From: Candidatus Latescibacterota bacterium
Lineage (GTDB): Bacteria > Latescibacterota > UBA2968 > GCA-2709665
Assembly: GCA_965219995.1 (NCBI GenBank)
Contig: CBDCOX010000002.1
Span: 4,512,001 to 4,576,000 of the forward strand
Length of the DNA: 64,000 nt
Direction of reading: 5' to 3'
Part shown: in pieces, positions 19,740 through 29,600 of the stretch
Numbering within the stretch: position 1 is the first letter of the stretch
Layout: each line of letters starts with the position of its first letter
Position numbers and translations under genes: made by a program
Notes under the pieces: model-generated
The model's input: only the letters and a program-made list of their open reading frames with translations
The model's database searches: none
Told to the model about the DNA's origin: nothing

Positions 19740-20362
19740 TGGCAGGATTCCGCGCCCGATCGCTATCTCTGGTTCTGATCCCGGCGGCCGCGGTGGCCGG
19801 GATCGTCGCCGTCGTCCTCACCGGGTATGCGCGGGAACTGGACCGCCTTATCGGCGACGGGCCGGAACGCGCCGCGACTGCCGGTCTCCCGCCCATCCTG
19901 CACAGGGTCGCGGACTCGCTGTCCACAGGCGACCTGGCAGGTCTACTCGCGCGGCAATTCGTTCCCCCGGGTCGATCGGATCTTTCAAGTGGATTCAAAC
20001 GGACCTGTTACGCCCTTCTGATGGCCCGGAAATACGAAAAAGAAAGCCTGCTGGCATTCTTTTTCGACCGGACTCCCTTCCCTTTTCCTCGAAAAACCCC
20101 CGTGCCGGGCTTCGAGGGAGCCGCCCGGGCTTACTTCGGCGTACCTCCGGCCCGGATGACCGCGGGCGAAGCCGTACTGCTGTTTCATCTTGCCCACTTT
20201 CCCGATGCGCCGGTGCCGGTAACCGACCCGGCACGCGCCATCGAACTCCGTAACCGCCTCCTGCTTGATCTCCTGAACGGCGGACTGATTTCCCGGGCAC
20301 GATACGTTTCCGAATCTGCCCGTCCGCTCATCCTGTCCGGCAGCCACCCCGCCGTGTGGTGA
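19736..20362 (+). CDS. Degenerate transglycosylase-like (GT51) membrane protein
   Basis: N-terminal TM; GFEGAARAYFG...MTAGEAVLL and RRN-like (LRNRLL) motifs; no EDxxFxxH catalytic motif; ATGA-coupled to upstream gene. Confidence 0.5.
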   Translation: MMAGFRARSLSLVLIPAAAVAGIVAVVLTGYARELDRLIGDGPERAATAGLPPILHRVADSLSTGDLAGLLARQFVPPGRSDLSSGFKRTCYALLMARKYEKESLLAFFFDRTPFPFPRKTPVPGFEGAARAYFGVPPARMTAGEAVLLFHLAHFPDAPVPVTDPARAIELRNRLLLDLLNGGLISRARYVSESARPLILSGSHPAVW

Positions 20363-20421
20363 CGGGCCGGACGGGTAGAGAATCCGGCCACATCGCGGTC
20401 CCTCCGCCGGGTTGCATGGAC

Positions 20422-20508
20422 AAAAAAAAACCGGGCCTCTATCCGATTCTCAGCCTGCCGGGAGGGAGATGCAGGCAGAGCGCGTGACAGAGGCCCGCGT
20501 CCTGAATC
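20422..20508 (-). ncRNA. Candidate small RNA: long hairpin with C-rich loop and U-tract
   Basis: Minus strand CGGGCCTCTGTC/GATAGAGGCCCG and GCCTGC/GCAGGC stems, loop ATCTCCCTCCCG, T9 tail; TTGACT (20539-20544) then TATATATTAT upstream; no minus-strand gene feeds this terminator. Confidence 0.45.
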
Positions 20509-20738
20509 ACGATAATATATATCCGATTTAACACGCCGAGTCAATACCCTCTCCTCACTTTTTCGCGACTGCCGGCTGTTTTCGAAATTGGCTGTGATCT
20601 TTGTTGAGAATTATCACGAAAAACTCACAATATTGATGGAACTTCCCGTATATTATTGCTGCGCTGAGGATTTTTGATTGATCCGGAACCCGCTAAACAC
20701 CGGGATCACGTATCGAGATTCCCGCCGGGGCTGATGGA

Positions 20739-23700
20739 ATGGCGTGGTACCCAAAAGTGACAACAGTAACGGGGTACGGCATGCGCAATACATTCATCAA
20801 ATGGAAAATGTCGTTGCCATTTCTGGCGCTCTTTGCGATGCTTTGCGGACACCCGGCGTCCGTCGCCGGTCAGGAAGCGATTGAGGAAGCAGACCACCAG
20901 ACATGGCATCTGCCCGACGGCGCGACCGCGCGCCTGGGTAAAGGCGTGATCGGATTCGGGGAACGCGAGCTGGACGTTTCTCCCGACGGGCGAACGCTGG
21001 CCGTTGCGTGCGGCATCGGCGTCTGGTTGTACGATGAGACCACGGCCCGAACGCTGGCGCTGCTGCCGAGTTCCGCCCGCGTCGCTTCGGTGTCGTTTTC
21101 ACCGGATGGGAGCACATTGGCCACCGTGTCGGAGGATGGCACGGTACTGCTCTGGGACGTGGCCGCTCGATCGGAGACAGCGACCCTCGATGGGCATTCG
21201 GGCAAAGTCAACGCGGCGCTGTTTTCGCCGACAGGGGACACCCTGGCCACCACAGCAGAAGACGGCACGGTGTTCTTGTGGGACGCGGCTTCCGGAACAC
21301 AGTCGGGTACACTCGAAGGGCATACGGATATTGTCACATCGATCGAGTATTCGCCGGACGGCGGCACGCTTGCCACCGCATCGGAGGATGGCTCGGTGCT
21401 GCTGTGGGACGTGACCGCGCAGACCCCGGCCGACACGCTCGAGGGGTTTGTGGATTTCGTCACGTCGCTGTCATTTTCGCGTGACGGCGGTACCCTTGCT
21501 ACCGCGTCGGGCGACAGCGCGGTGATCCTGTGGAACCTCGTCTCGCAGACGGAGTCAGACACTCTCAAGGGCAATACCGGTGGCATCACGGTTGTCGCGT
21601 TTTCTCCGGATGCGGACACATTGGCCACCGCGTCGGAGGATGGCGCTGTGATGCTGTGGAACATCGTCAAACGACGAGTGGTCGAGACGTTCGCGGGACA
21701 TACGGACAGAGTCACCTCGTTGGTGTTCTCGAAGGACGGCGGCACATTCGCCACCGGATCGGCGGACGGCACGGTGCGGTTCTGGGACGCGGCGACAGGA
21801 TATTTCGTCGCATTCGGCGGACATAAATCCGCGATCACGTCGATCGCATTTTCTCCCGGTGGCGACACGCTGGCCGCCGGTTCGGCGAGCGGAGCGGTAG
21901 ACCTTTGGGACGTGGGCGATCGAATGCAGTTCGGTATCCTCGCAGGGCACAGCGGAAGCGTCACCTCGCTGGTGTATGCCCCTGATGGCGACACCCTGGC
22001 GACAGCGTCGCAGGACAGTACAGTCGTTCTTTGGTACATGGCCACCCGGACGGCGGCCTCCGCTTTCGACGGGCATGGGGATGGCGTTCGTTCGGCAGCG
22101 TACTCGCCGGATGGGACCATGCTGGCAACCGCGTCGGGCGACGGCGCCGTATTACTTTGGGAAGGCGCCACGCGACGCGTGGCCGCGACCCTGAACGGGG
22201 GTGCGGATGGTGTCACGTCGGTGGTGTTTTCGCCGGAAGGCGACGCGCTGGCCGCGGGGTCGGCGAATGGCACGGTCATTATATGGGACGTGGCCACCCG
22301 GTCACGCGTGGCCGCGCTCGATGGGCATACGGGGAGTGTCAACACGGTCGTGTTTTCGCCCGACGGGAGCACGGTGGTCTCCGGTTCAAACGACAATACG
22401 ATCAAAGTATGGGACGTGGCAACGCATTCGCAGCTGGCCACCCTGCAAGGTCATACGGGCGGGGTTGGTTCCCTCGATTTTTCATCGGACGGCAGCCGGC
22501 TGGTTTCCGGGTCGAACGACAACTCGATCAAGCTTTGGGACGTGAGCGCGCGAACCGAAGTCGCGACGCTGGCGGGGCATACTGCCAACGTCAATTCGGT
22601 TGTATTTTCGTCGGACCGGGTCACGTTGGCTTCCGGGTCGGACGACGGTACCTTGCTGTTGTGGGACCTGTCTGCGTGGCCGGGTCTACGGCCGCTCTCC
22701 CTGGAGATTGTCTCCGGCGACGGACAGGAGGGCGCGCCTGGCGGAACGCTTGCCGACCCTCTTGTCGTGGAAGTGAAAGACCATAATGGCGATCCTCTGC
22801 CCGATGTCGCCGTGACATATACGGTCAACGCCGGACAGGGGCGGCTCAGTGGCCGATTTTCAGTCCAGCAGATTCGGACGGATGCGGACGGCCGCGCATC
22901 CGTGGCACTGACGCTTGGGACGCGGGTGGGCGCAAACACCGTCACGGTAAGTCTCGGCGGTCGTGAATTGGCAACCTTTTCCGCGGACGGAGCGGGGACC
23001 TTGCCCGTTGTAATGGACGGAGACCCCCGCATATGGCGATTGCCTAAGAGGGCGACGGCGCGTCTGGGCAGAGGAACCATTGCCCGGGGCGACCGCGCAC
23101 TGGCCCTGTCGAGAGATGGAAAAACTCTGGCCGTGGCAAGCGGCGTAGGGGTGTGGCTTTATGACGTGGACAGGTCCCGCGACGCCGCACTGCTTTCAGG
23201 ACTCCAGCCAGTACTTTCGGTGGCGTTTTCAAGGTCCGGTAACCTTGCGGCGGGTTTGGCGAACGGCGATGTCGAACTCTGGAATCCCGGCACGGGCGGA
23301 CGCATTGCGACGCTTGAGCGAAGTGCGGAGCCGATCGTATCGGTGGCATTTTCCGATGACGGGGCCATACTCGCCTCGGGTGCCGAAGACGGCACTGTCA
23401 GGCTTTGGGACGTGGACGCGCAAACCGGGGTCGCCACCTTCCGTGCGCACTCAGGCAGCGTGACGTCCGTGGCATTTTCTTCCGCCGGGGCCACACTGGC
23501 TACCTGCTCGGCGGACGGTACGGTCAAACTGTGGGACGTCGACGCCCGACCCGAGGCCGGCACGCTGGAAGGGCACGCGGACGGGGTCCATTCGGTGGCA
23601 TTCTCGGGAGACGGAAGCACCCTTGCGGCCGGGCTGGCGGACGGTACGGTCAAGCTGTGGGACGTCGACACCCGAACCGAGGCCGGCACGCTGGAAGGGC

Positions 23701-25016
23701 ACGCGGACGGGGTCCATTCGGTTGCGTTTTCGGACGGCGGGAGCACACTGGCCACCGGCTCGGCGGACGGCACGGTCAAACTGTGGGACGTCGAGACGCA
23801 AGAACTGAAGGACACCCTGAGAGGTCACGGGGCCATGGTCCATTCTGTAGCGTTCACACGCAGCGGTTCAATCCTTGCCTCAGGATCGGCGGACGGATCG
23901 GTCATCATTCGAGACGTGGCGATGGGCAATGCCGCCAGGGTATACGGATACAGTTCTCTGTCGTCAATGACCGTTTCGCCCGATGGCGGCACGCTGGCCA
24001 CAGGTTCCCGTGACAACCGCGTGATGCTGTGGGACGTGCCGACGCGAACGGCGGTCGCGACACTGGCGGAGCATACCGATTGGGTCCGCTCATTGGCGTT
24101 TTCGCCGGACGGGAGCAGGTTGGCATCCGGGTCGAGCGATCAATCGATCAGGCTGTGGGACGTGGCCATGGAAGCCGCGACCGCCGCGCTTGACGGACGC
24201 AGCTGGGTCTATTCGCTGGCAATCTCCCCGGATGGCAGCACGCTTGCCGCCGGACTGCGAAATGGTACGGCGACGCTGTGGAATCTGGCGACACGTGCCC
24301 AGGTCGCAATCCTCGACGGCCATGAGCCCACGGGCGGCGTCGGCTCGGTGGCGTTTTCGCCCGACGGGAGCACGCTGGCCTCGGGGTCGAGCGACCACAC
24401 GATCAAGCTGTGGGACGTGGGTTCGCGAACCGAGACCGCCACGCTGGAAGGACACAGCGGCTGGGTGTATTCGGTCGCCTTTTCGGAGGATGGGAGCACC
24501 CTGGTGTCGGGGTCGCAGGACGGCACGGTGCGATTATGGGAGGTGGCCGCGCGAACGGAGATTGCCACGCTGGAAGGACACAGCGGCTGGGTGTATTCGG
24601 TCGCCTTTTCGGAGGATGGGAGCACCCTGGCGTCGGGGTCGCAGGACGGCACGGTGCGATTATGGGACGTGGCCGCGCGAACCGAGACCGCCATGCTGGA
24701 AGGACACAGCGACTGGGTCTATTCTGTGGCGTTCCTGGATGACGCGGGCAAGCTGGTGTCCGGATCGAGAGACGGCACAATGTTGTTGTGGGACCTCTCA
24801 GAGACGGAACCGCCGCCGGTGGAGCCCCCGAAGGCTCCCGCGGCGGACTTCAACGATGACGGCTCGGTGGGCTTTGCCGACTTCGTGTTGTTCGCGCAAC
24901 ACTTCGGATTGCGGGCGGGCGATACGGGATACGACGTGAAGTACGATCTGGATGAAGACGGCGCGATCGGCTTCAGCGACTTTGTGAAGTTTGCCGGCGC
25001 CTTCGGACAGGGTTAA
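20739..25016 (+). CDS. Large secreted WD40-repeat protein with Big_1-like Ig domain and C-terminal dockerin-like module
   Basis: Many GH..V.SVAFSPDG.TLASGS.DGTV.LWD repeats in two blocks; SGDGQEG...PLVVEV Ig segment; DFNDDGSVGFADFVLF; true start may be a downstream Met. Confidence 0.92.
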   Translation: MAWYPKVTTVTGYGMRNTFIKWKMSLPFLALFAMLCGHPASVAGQEAIEEADHQTWHLPDGATARLGKGVIGFGERELDVSPDGRTLAVACGIGVWLYDETTARTLALLPSSARVASVSFSPDGSTLATVSEDGTVLLWDVAARSETATLDGHSGKVNAALFSPTGDTLATTAEDGTVFLWDAASGTQSGTLEGHTDIVTSIEYSPDGGTLATASEDGSVLLWDVTAQTPADTLEGFVDFVTSLSFSRDGGTLATASGDSAVILWNLVSQTESDTLKGNTGGITVVAFSPDADTLATASEDGAVMLWNIVKRRVVETFAGHTDRVTSLVFSKDGGTFATGSADGTVRFWDAATGYFVAFGGHKSAITSIAFSPGGDTLAAGSASGAVDLWDVGDRMQFGILAGHSGSVTSLVYAPDGDTLATASQDSTVVLWYMATRTAASAFDGHGDGVRSAAYSPDGTMLATASGDGAVLLWEGATRRVAATLNGGADGVTSVVFSPEGDALAAGSANGTVIIWDVATRSRVAALDGHTGSVNTVVFSPDGSTVVSGSNDNTIKVWDVATHSQLATLQGHTGGVGSLDFSSDGSRLVSGSNDNSIKLWDVSARTEVATLAGHTANVNSVVFSSDRVTLASGSDDGTLLLWDLSAWPGLRPLSLEIVSGDGQEGAPGGTLADPLVVEVKDHNGDPLPDVAVTYTVNAGQGRLSGRFSVQQIRTDADGRASVALTLGTRVGANTVTVSLGGRELATFSADGAGTLPVVMDGDPRIWRLPKRATARLGRGTIARGDRALALSRDGKTLAVASGVGVWLYDVDRSRDAALLSGLQPVLSVAFSRSGNLAAGLANGDVELWNPGTGGRIATLERSAEPIVSVAFSDDGAILASGAEDGTVRLWDVDAQTGVATFRAHSGSVTSVAFSSAGATLATCSADGTVKLWDVDARPEAGTLEGHADGVHSVAFSGDGSTLAAGLADGTVKLWDVDTRTEAGTLEGHADGVHSVAFSDGGSTLATGSADGTVKLWDVETQELKDTLRGHGAMVHSVAFTRSGSILASGSADGSVIIRDVAMGNAARVYGYSSLSSMTVSPDGGTLATGSRDNRVMLWDVPTRTAVATLAEHTDWVRSLAFSPDGSRLASGSSDQSIRLWDVAMEAATAALDGRSWVYSLAISPDGSTLAAGLRNGTATLWNLATRAQVAILDGHEPTGGVGSVAFSPDGSTLASGSSDHTIKLWDVGSRTETATLEGHSGWVYSVAFSEDGSTLVSGSQDGTVRLWEVAARTEIATLEGHSGWVYSVAFSEDGSTLASGSQDGTVRLWDVAARTETAMLEGHSDWVYSVAFLDDAGKLVSGSRDGTMLLWDLSETEPPPVEPPKAPAADFNDDGSVGFADFVLFAQHFGLRAGDTGYDVKYDLDEDGAIGFSDFVKFAGAFGQG
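23511..23790 (+). repeat. Near-identical 126-bp WD40 coding repeats
   Basis: GCGGACGGTACGGTCAA(A/G)CTGTGGGACGTCGAC...CACGCGGACGGGGTCCATTCGG repeated at 126-bp period. Confidence 0.85.
24438..24720 (+). repeat. Near-identical 126-bp WD40 coding repeats
   Basis: ACGCTGGAAGGACACAGCGGCTGGGTGTATTCGGTCGCCTTTTCGGAGGATGGGAGCACCCTGG...GGGTCGCAGGACGGCACGGTGCGATTATGGGA repeated. Confidence 0.9.
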
Positions 25017-25107
25017 GCCATGGCCGGGGCGCCAGGCCCCCGCGATGGAAACGGCTGAGTTCAAGCCGCGTACGGGATGGCGGGATTCGGTGAGCCTGGA
25101 AGTGAAA

Positions 25108-25896
25108 CTATCGGACGATCTTGATTCGGACCACGTTCTTGACGTTCGCGCACCGGTCGTCGGTCTCGGGAATGAGCAGGCGGATCGGGCCGCCCAGGCG
25201 TTCGGGGAGGGGATGGCCTCCGATGCGGTAGACGAGGATGCCTTTTTCGACCGCCGCGTCGAGGGAGACTCGCGCAAAGAACCCTTCGTCGGCCGAATGA
25301 AAGACGACATCGGGTTCATCAACGCCTGATGCCGCGCCTCTCAGAAGCGCGGCAACGGAAACCGCGGACCCGCGCCGCCCCGGAACTAATCGGCCGACGT
25401 CATCGATCTGCTCGGGGATCCGCAGCAGGTCACCGTACGTGAAAACCATCGGCCCGGGCAGGCATCCCTCTACTGTCAGCAACGGCGCGGTTTCGTCACT
25501 GTCCAGGCCCGATGTTGTCCGGTCGATGTAGTCATGTGCGATTTCGACCAGCCTCGGGTCGAAGCCGACGGAAGGCGCGACGTGGATTTCAGTTCCCGGA
25601 TGGTCCTTGCAAAACCTGTCCATGCGCTGCCGGATCAGACTCAGTTCCTGCTCGGCCGCCTGAAACTGGAACGGCAGGACCGTGACCCGCGCCGCGCCGC
25701 GTTCAACGCACGCCTCCAGCACGTCTTCCAGGGCCGGATGTCCTTCCAGAACGCCGGCCTCAACCGCAACGCCCCTGTGCCGCAGCGCGTCGGCGACCAG
25801 AGTGAGGCAGTTGTCATCCGCGCGCTGCCCGACCAGTACCGTGGCGTGAGTCAACGGACTGTCTCCATCGTTAGACGGTATCTTCAAGCATTGCAC
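25108..25896 (-). CDS. CbiX/SirB-like domain fused to molybdopterin oxidoreductase-like domain
   Basis: LE..PAL...L......GA.RVTVLP and VGFDPRL (CbiX-like); LVY...G.PLP...GGPIRLLIP...NVKNV (sulfite-oxidase-type Moco domain). Confidence 0.6.
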   Translation of the reverse strand: MQCLKIPSNDGDSPLTHATVLVGQRADDNCLTLVADALRHRGVAVEAGVLEGHPALEDVLEACVERGAARVTVLPFQFQAAEQELSLIRQRMDRFCKDHPGTEIHVAPSVGFDPRLVEIAHDYIDRTTSGLDSDETAPLLTVEGCLPGPMVFTYGDLLRIPEQIDDVGRLVPGRRGSAVSVAALLRGAASGVDEPDVVFHSADEGFFARVSLDAAVEKGILVYRIGGHPLPERLGGPIRLLIPETDDRCANVKNVVRIKIVR

Positions 25897-25965
25897 TGAT
25901 GATCCCCGGCGCGGGACCCGCGACGTCCTTGTCCCGTTGCTGACCGCACAACCGGATCCTGCGCG

Positions 25966-26100
25966 ATGACCTTCTTCGACGATCTACCAGTTCTCATCCG
26001 CATTGTTCTTTTGATTTCCTCGGCGTTGATCCTTATCGTCGGCGCCGGTCTGTTCTGGCGGATGGTGAAATCCCTGCTCGGAAGGCAGGACCGCGGCTGA
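25966..26100 (+). CDS. Small single-pass membrane protein (44 aa)
   Basis: MTFFDDLPVLIRIVLLISSALILIVGAGLFWRMVKSLLGRQDRG, translated by eye; one TM helix with basic C-terminal tail. Confidence 0.5.
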   Translation: MTFFDDLPVLIRIVLLISSALILIVGAGLFWRMVKSLLGRQDRG

Positions 26101-26220
26101 CCCGTCTGGCGCAACGGCTTCACGATCTCAGCAGAAGTCACAAGCCACTGCGACAGACAGGCTACCCTCAACGCTATCCCCTATGCGATATCGCCGTCGC
26201 CAATCCGGCGAGTGAGGGTA

Positions 26221-26240
26221 CACACACACAAGTGTGTGTG
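26221..26240. promoter_or_regulatory. Palindromic (CA)n/(GT)n site, possible operator
   Basis: CACACACAC-AA-GTGTGTGTG inverted repeat in an intergenic region. Confidence 0.3.
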
Positions 26241-26299
26241 AATTGGTCAATGCCCTGATTTTATGTCGGTTAATTCCAGCCGTGAGCCACGATCCCGGA

Positions 26300-26581
26300 C
26301 TATTCATCCGGTCGATTCGAAGCCCCTCTCAGTTCCCTTCGCGCCACCGATAGCGCCATGACTTCCAGCGCGTTGATTAGGTAGACGTCGCGCGCGTGGC
26401 TGTCCAGGGCCCCGGCCATCTGTTTGGCGAGCGCGGGGATGTCGGCCTCCAGATCGGCTCTCATATCGTCCCAGCCGGTAAGGCGACCATGCTTATCGCG
26501 GTATGACTCCCGCGCGGCCCGGTAGATGGCCCTGGCGAGCGTGCGCGGGTCTCCGTCGAGATGGATCTGAGGTTCGTTCAT
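26300..26581 (-). CDS. Hypothetical protein
   Basis: 93-aa helical ORF, AGGA RBS-like upstream, follows the heparinase-like gene. Confidence 0.55.
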   Translation of the reverse strand: MNEPQIHLDGDPRTLARAIYRAARESYRDKHGRLTGWDDMRADLEADIPALAKQMAGALDSHARDVYLINALEVMALSVARRELRGASNRPDE

Positions 26582-26645
26582 TTAATCCTGTACGGTCGCG
26601 TGATTGAGGGTGGGGCAGACATTTCTGTCCGGCCTTTTCGGGTAT

Positions 26646-29600
26646 CTATGATTCACTCGACCTGACGGGTTCGAAGCGGACGGTATCGCCGACCACGTAG
26701 TCCACAATCCGGACCCAGGCGCCGGGCGCGAGGTTTCGGAGCCGGTCGCCGTCGCCCCTGTTTGGATCGATCCGGACGGTTGTGCGCACACGGCCGGGTG
26801 GCCAGGAACCGGCGTTTGACGCGTTGTCGATGACGGCCCAGTCGTCGTTCGCGCCGGTCTGGATCCGCGTGCCGTTCAGGTTGCCGGACTTCGCGAGGAC
26901 GTGGAAGCCGAAGTCGATCCTTCCGTCTTTCGCGGCAACAACCGTCGCGCGTCCCAGGAGTGAGGTGACGTCCAGCGTGAGGCGGAGAACCGGAGCGCCG
27001 GCGGTTTCAACGGCCTCGACGCGGTAGGTGTGCGCGCGTTCGTCCGGATTGACGGTAACGCGGTCCCCAGCGACGACGTCCTCGAGGCCTTCCACGTCGA
27101 TGGTACATGCATCCCGGTCGAGAGCGACGATGCGGCCGGTCTGTTGCGCCCGTCTGACCGCGAGCGACGTCTTTTCGTTATGAAACGAGGACGCGGCCAC
27201 GGTTGAGACCTTACCGTCGACGACTACCGTGAGGGCGCCGTCCAACGTGGCGCCGTCGTTATAGGACGTGGCTTCGTTGGGACCTGACTCAGGCGCCCAG
27301 TAAAGGGCGATCTCCCTGCCCTGCACTGTGGTCAACCTGACGCCCGCGGCGGTGGTAGACGTCGCTGGAATGGTGACCGCTTCGGCAAGGGTCGGTTCGC
27401 CGATGCGGGGTTCGAATACGAGATCGACGCAGGTGGTATCGTCCTGCGGCGTCCGGCGCCAGAGGACCGGATGATACAGGTAGTTGGACGTTTCGGGGGT
27501 CCCCATCGCCTGCGCCGCGCGAGCGGAGAACAGACGGGTTCCGGGGGAGACGCGCACCTGATGCAGATCCAGGCGGGCCGCGGGCTCGACCTGCGATTGC
27601 CAGGTCCCGCTGAAGGCCGGCGGCGCATGGCCGGTCGCGACGTCGTCCATGTACGCCAGAGCGGTGTGGTCGGGGTGCGGCAGGTCGCCGGTCTCCCCGC
27701 GTTCGATATGAGGTCCGGCGACGGTTCCGGTTTGCGGCAGAAGTCCCGCGTTGTCCGATCGGAACGCGCCTTCGAGCCCCCGGCAGGTGCGCCAGTGGTT
27801 CGTGCCTCCCGCGATCCTGGAAAGATCGACGAGCGCGACGCCGTCGCCGTCGGTCCCCACGAGGGCGATGAGGCGGCGGAAGGCGACACCGAGCCTGCGC
27901 CATCCCCGCGACTCGTCGTGTGCCCACCGATGCGCCTCGACGTCCAGCACCTGGACGCCGTCCGCAAAGAGACTGCGCACCAGGCGCCCCCGGCCGGCGC
28001 TGACGGGTTCGCCCGGGGGCAGGTCGGACCAGACCGTGTTGTGGGTAGCCCAATGGGATTCCCATGGAGACATGCTGGCCCAGGACTGGGGGTAACCCAG
28101 ATCCGTCAGAAACGGGCGCTCGAATGCGAACAACTGCACGTCCAGAAGGTCCCGGTGGCGGTGGTGGAGCGTATCCCCGTACACGATGCCGGCCGCGGCT
28201 CGTTCGGGGGCTTCGTGTGTGCGGAGGATCGCTATTCCGACCCCGTCGTGGATCGTGGGGCCGAGCGCCCGGTGTCGTCTGTCTTCTACGGCCGACTGAA
28301 TTTCACGCACCAGCGGATCATCCGTGAAAGCCGCGGCTCGATGGAGAAGACTCGGGTCCATCGGCGGATGAAAGAGGTCGTTTTCAAGACGGATGGTGCC
28401 CTCTCCCTTGAAGCCCGCCGAACCCGGAGCGGACCCGTCGCCAAACTGGAAATAGGACTTGCCGCACATCGTGATTTCGTGCAGTGCGCGCGGCACGTGT
28501 GCGGCCCTCCCATCTTCGAAGAGCGAGGGGTAGGCGGACTCGGGGTAGGCATCCGGTTGTCCCGCGCGCAGTTCCCGGAGGTGATGTTCCAGATCGAACA
28601 ACCCGTCGCTGTGGATGGCGTTATAGCCTCCGGTGGCCTCCTGGGGCGTGCCGTCAGGGAAGAAGTCGTTCGTCGTGAACACCCGCAGCGTGTCCGGCCC
28701 TTCGTCATAGACCCAATCCATCACGTCCCGCGCGTCGGGGCGGTCCAGGCAGCGCAGGACAATGAGCGCCCCCTGGCTTTCCCTCGGCAGGTTGCTGGAC
28801 GCGCCCCTGTCCAGCGTGACCTGGAGCAGTGCGGCCAGCATCTCTTCCGTCATTTGACAGGCGTCGGCGGGGGTCTGCACGGAAAGGCCCATGGACTGCG
28901 CCCGTTCAACGAGTTCCCGGTCCTCCCTCATCAGCGGCCAGACCGTATCGTAGGCCAGCGCCAGGCATTCGATCAGATACGGCGTGTCGATGCTGTAACG
29001 GATGCTTCCCTTGGCCCGTAGCGCCTGGACGGGGTCGGACTCGTCCGCCCAGTCCGGCTGGCCCCAGTCCCAGGGTTCTTCCACGCCCTTCGACGGGCCG
29101 TAACGGAACTGGGGTACGGATGCCACGTAGAGCTCTTCCTCCGCATAACGAAGCAGAAGCAGACCGAGTTGCCTCGCGCGGCCGTCGTCGAACCCGCCCG
29201 CGCGGAGCGCGTTCGTCATCGCGGCGATTCCCGAATTGAAGCTGCGGCATTGGTCCCGGTGATAGGTGGCGGCGAAGAGGAAGATGTGGCCTTCGGCGTC
29301 GAAACAGCCGTACCCGTCATCGGGATATTCGCCCGAGATGTAGTCTTCGTCCGCCAGGTCGTTGCTCGGATAGACCGAGCCGCAGTTGGGACAAACGGAT
29401 TTGAAGTCGCACGGATGGTGATTGCGCACCCAGGGATAGAAACCGCTGTATTTGAAAATTGCGGTGCCGCAGTTCGGGCAGCCCTGGTGGCAGTTGGCGA
29501 AGTGGGCTTTAGGCAGTTCCGCGCCGGGAAGCTGCGCCCACAGAACCTGATCCGACTGTGAGGACAACCACGCGACGGTCTGCTCGTCAACACGGCCCGA

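Noticed and set aside
20590-20660. Fur or CRP box upstream of the WD40 gene
   Set aside because: Only partial half-site matches (TTGAGAATTATCAC); not enough to call.
23511-24720. CRISPR array or DGR template/variable repeats
   Set aside because: Repeats are in-frame 126-bp WD40 blades without unique spacers, adenine-specific variation, cas genes or reverse transcriptase.
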